DNA of 63,232 nucleotides, counting the filler, from Aduncisulcus paluster (taxonomy: Eukaryota), in the NCBI GenBank assembly GCA_024181965.1. It is 4 parts of 4 records of this genome, joined end to end, with 100 filler letters (N's around TTAATTAATTAA, not from the genome) between each part and the next. Parts side by side here need not be neighbours in the genome. Positions count along the whole stretch, not along the records: positions 61,504 to 63,232 come from BQXS01012479.1; 3 more parts are not named here. The stretch is one strand, 5' to 3'. Below, one piece after another: positions 62,039 through 63,232 of the stretch. Each line of letters starts with the position of its first letter. Within the stretch, counting starts at the first letter, position 1. A model generated the notes under the pieces. The model saw only the letters and a list, made by a program, of their open reading frames with translations. It was not told where the DNA came from and did not search any database. Position numbers and translations under genes: made by a program.

Positions 62039-62736
62039 TTTGAATGTTGGCTTCAGATATATATATTTAAAAATTAATCAAAACAATTATGGTTCAATTG
62101 GTAGTGCGTTTGTCTGCTAAATTAAAGGTTGTTGGGTCGACCCCTGATATAACCGATTTAGTATTTTTTGGCAGGATGATAAGAGATATTTTGGTTTGAC
62201 AGAAAAACACACCGTTTTGGTGGTTATTAACACGAATATAACAATAAGAAACATACAGGAGTTGATATTACTAATGAATCGAAAGGAAAAAAAATCACAG
62301 AATGATTGGATCTACTGTATACAACTTCAATTGAGCAGTAATCAATATTTTAATAATATATATATTTCATAATTCTAATGAATATTCAATTTATTTTGTA
62401 TTTTAAAGAACAGTATAGAGTATTCCGAAGTTACTTTCGCTATCTCATCAAATATTATATTATTCAACATTTTTTCATTTATAACTCTTATTTATCTTTC
62501 ATTTAACTTCATTTATAATGTTACTTTTATTATCATCTGCCTGGATATAGGGGAAATAATTTTCGACCTTAAAACGCATTATTTTGATTTCAATTTTATT
62601 AAATTCTTAATTAAAAGTTTATAAAAACCCAATTTTCTTTACTAACGCCTGCGCGTGGAATCGGGTTAAAAAAAGCAAAAAAAAATAAAAAAAAATTTAA
62701 TAAATAGAAGTATAGGAGTTGTCGAGGGTGGATGTT

Positions 62737-62737
<1 letters not shown>

Positions 62738-62786
<49 letters not shown>
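62738..62786 (-). repeat. Poly(A) tract of 49 nt on the minus strand
   Basis: Uninterrupted T49 on the plus strand, preceded on the minus strand by a pyrimidine-rich segment. Confidence 0.9.
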
Positions 62787-62787
<1 letters not shown>

Positions 62788-63232
62788 GGAAAGAATATAA
62801 TAAAAAAATAGTGTTTCTTAACACTCATTATAATTTAAGAAAAAATTAGAGGAGAGGGGAGATGATATAAGGAGAGGAGTGAAGGTATTCAGTAGAGAAG
62901 AGGTGAGAATAGAGATAAGAGGATAGGGTGGGCAAAGAAAGAGCACAATACTTGTCTACATCCGACGACTACGAGCATATCTTACTGAGAGTATTCGGTG
63001 GCTCTCACGGAAAGCTGTTTGAGCAGCATCAGTGTTTTGAACTCGTTACAATTTATTAAAAATATAGGTGGGCCAATGAAGGTCCTAAAAATAGAATGTG
63101 AGAATATGTGAAATCATATAAAAATAATAAATAAAATATTAAATAATATTATATACTGCGTATATAACATCCTGCCCTTCCTTTAATAAAGGGGTCTCTC
63201 TAAATTCGTCAAAAATATGATCAAAATATATT

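Noticed and set aside
62980..63035. Hammerhead ribozyme (CTGAGAG...GAAA...hairpin)
   Set aside because: The core lacks the CUGANGA spacing and the U required after stem III is an A.

Overview
Eukaryotic, AT-rich, gene-dense protist DNA using the standard code, with sparse GT-AG introns. Poly-Ser-rich proteins, the flagellar gene CFAP298 and a distinctive expanded kinase family suggest a free-living fornicate/metamonad flagellate, plausibly Aduncisulcus paluster (inference, not verified). The window joins four unrelated scaffolds (1-31591, 31692-48253, 48354-61403, 61504-63232) with artificial N44-TTAATTAATTAA-N44 spacers. It also has four 20-N gaps flanked by uncollapsed overlaps and several microhomology-bounded duplications that are probably assembly artefacts. 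Recognisable genes: MRD1/RBM19 (start codon split by an intron), an Est1/SMG5-7 protein, RPL4, CFAP298, RFC5, RPL35A, ARF1, an alpha-actinin-like EF-hand protein, malic enzyme, exportin-5, TRM61 and RPL6. Best leads: a CatSper-beta-like ectodomain gene, a >3000-aa RNF213-like protein, a modular kinase family with swappable repeat arrays, a Nup88-like protein, a permuted NlpC/P60-type protein with Cys->Ser at the predicted nucleophile, and a Helitron-like ORF. Family comparisons are from recalled motifs, not searches. No rRNA, tRNA or CRISPR seen.
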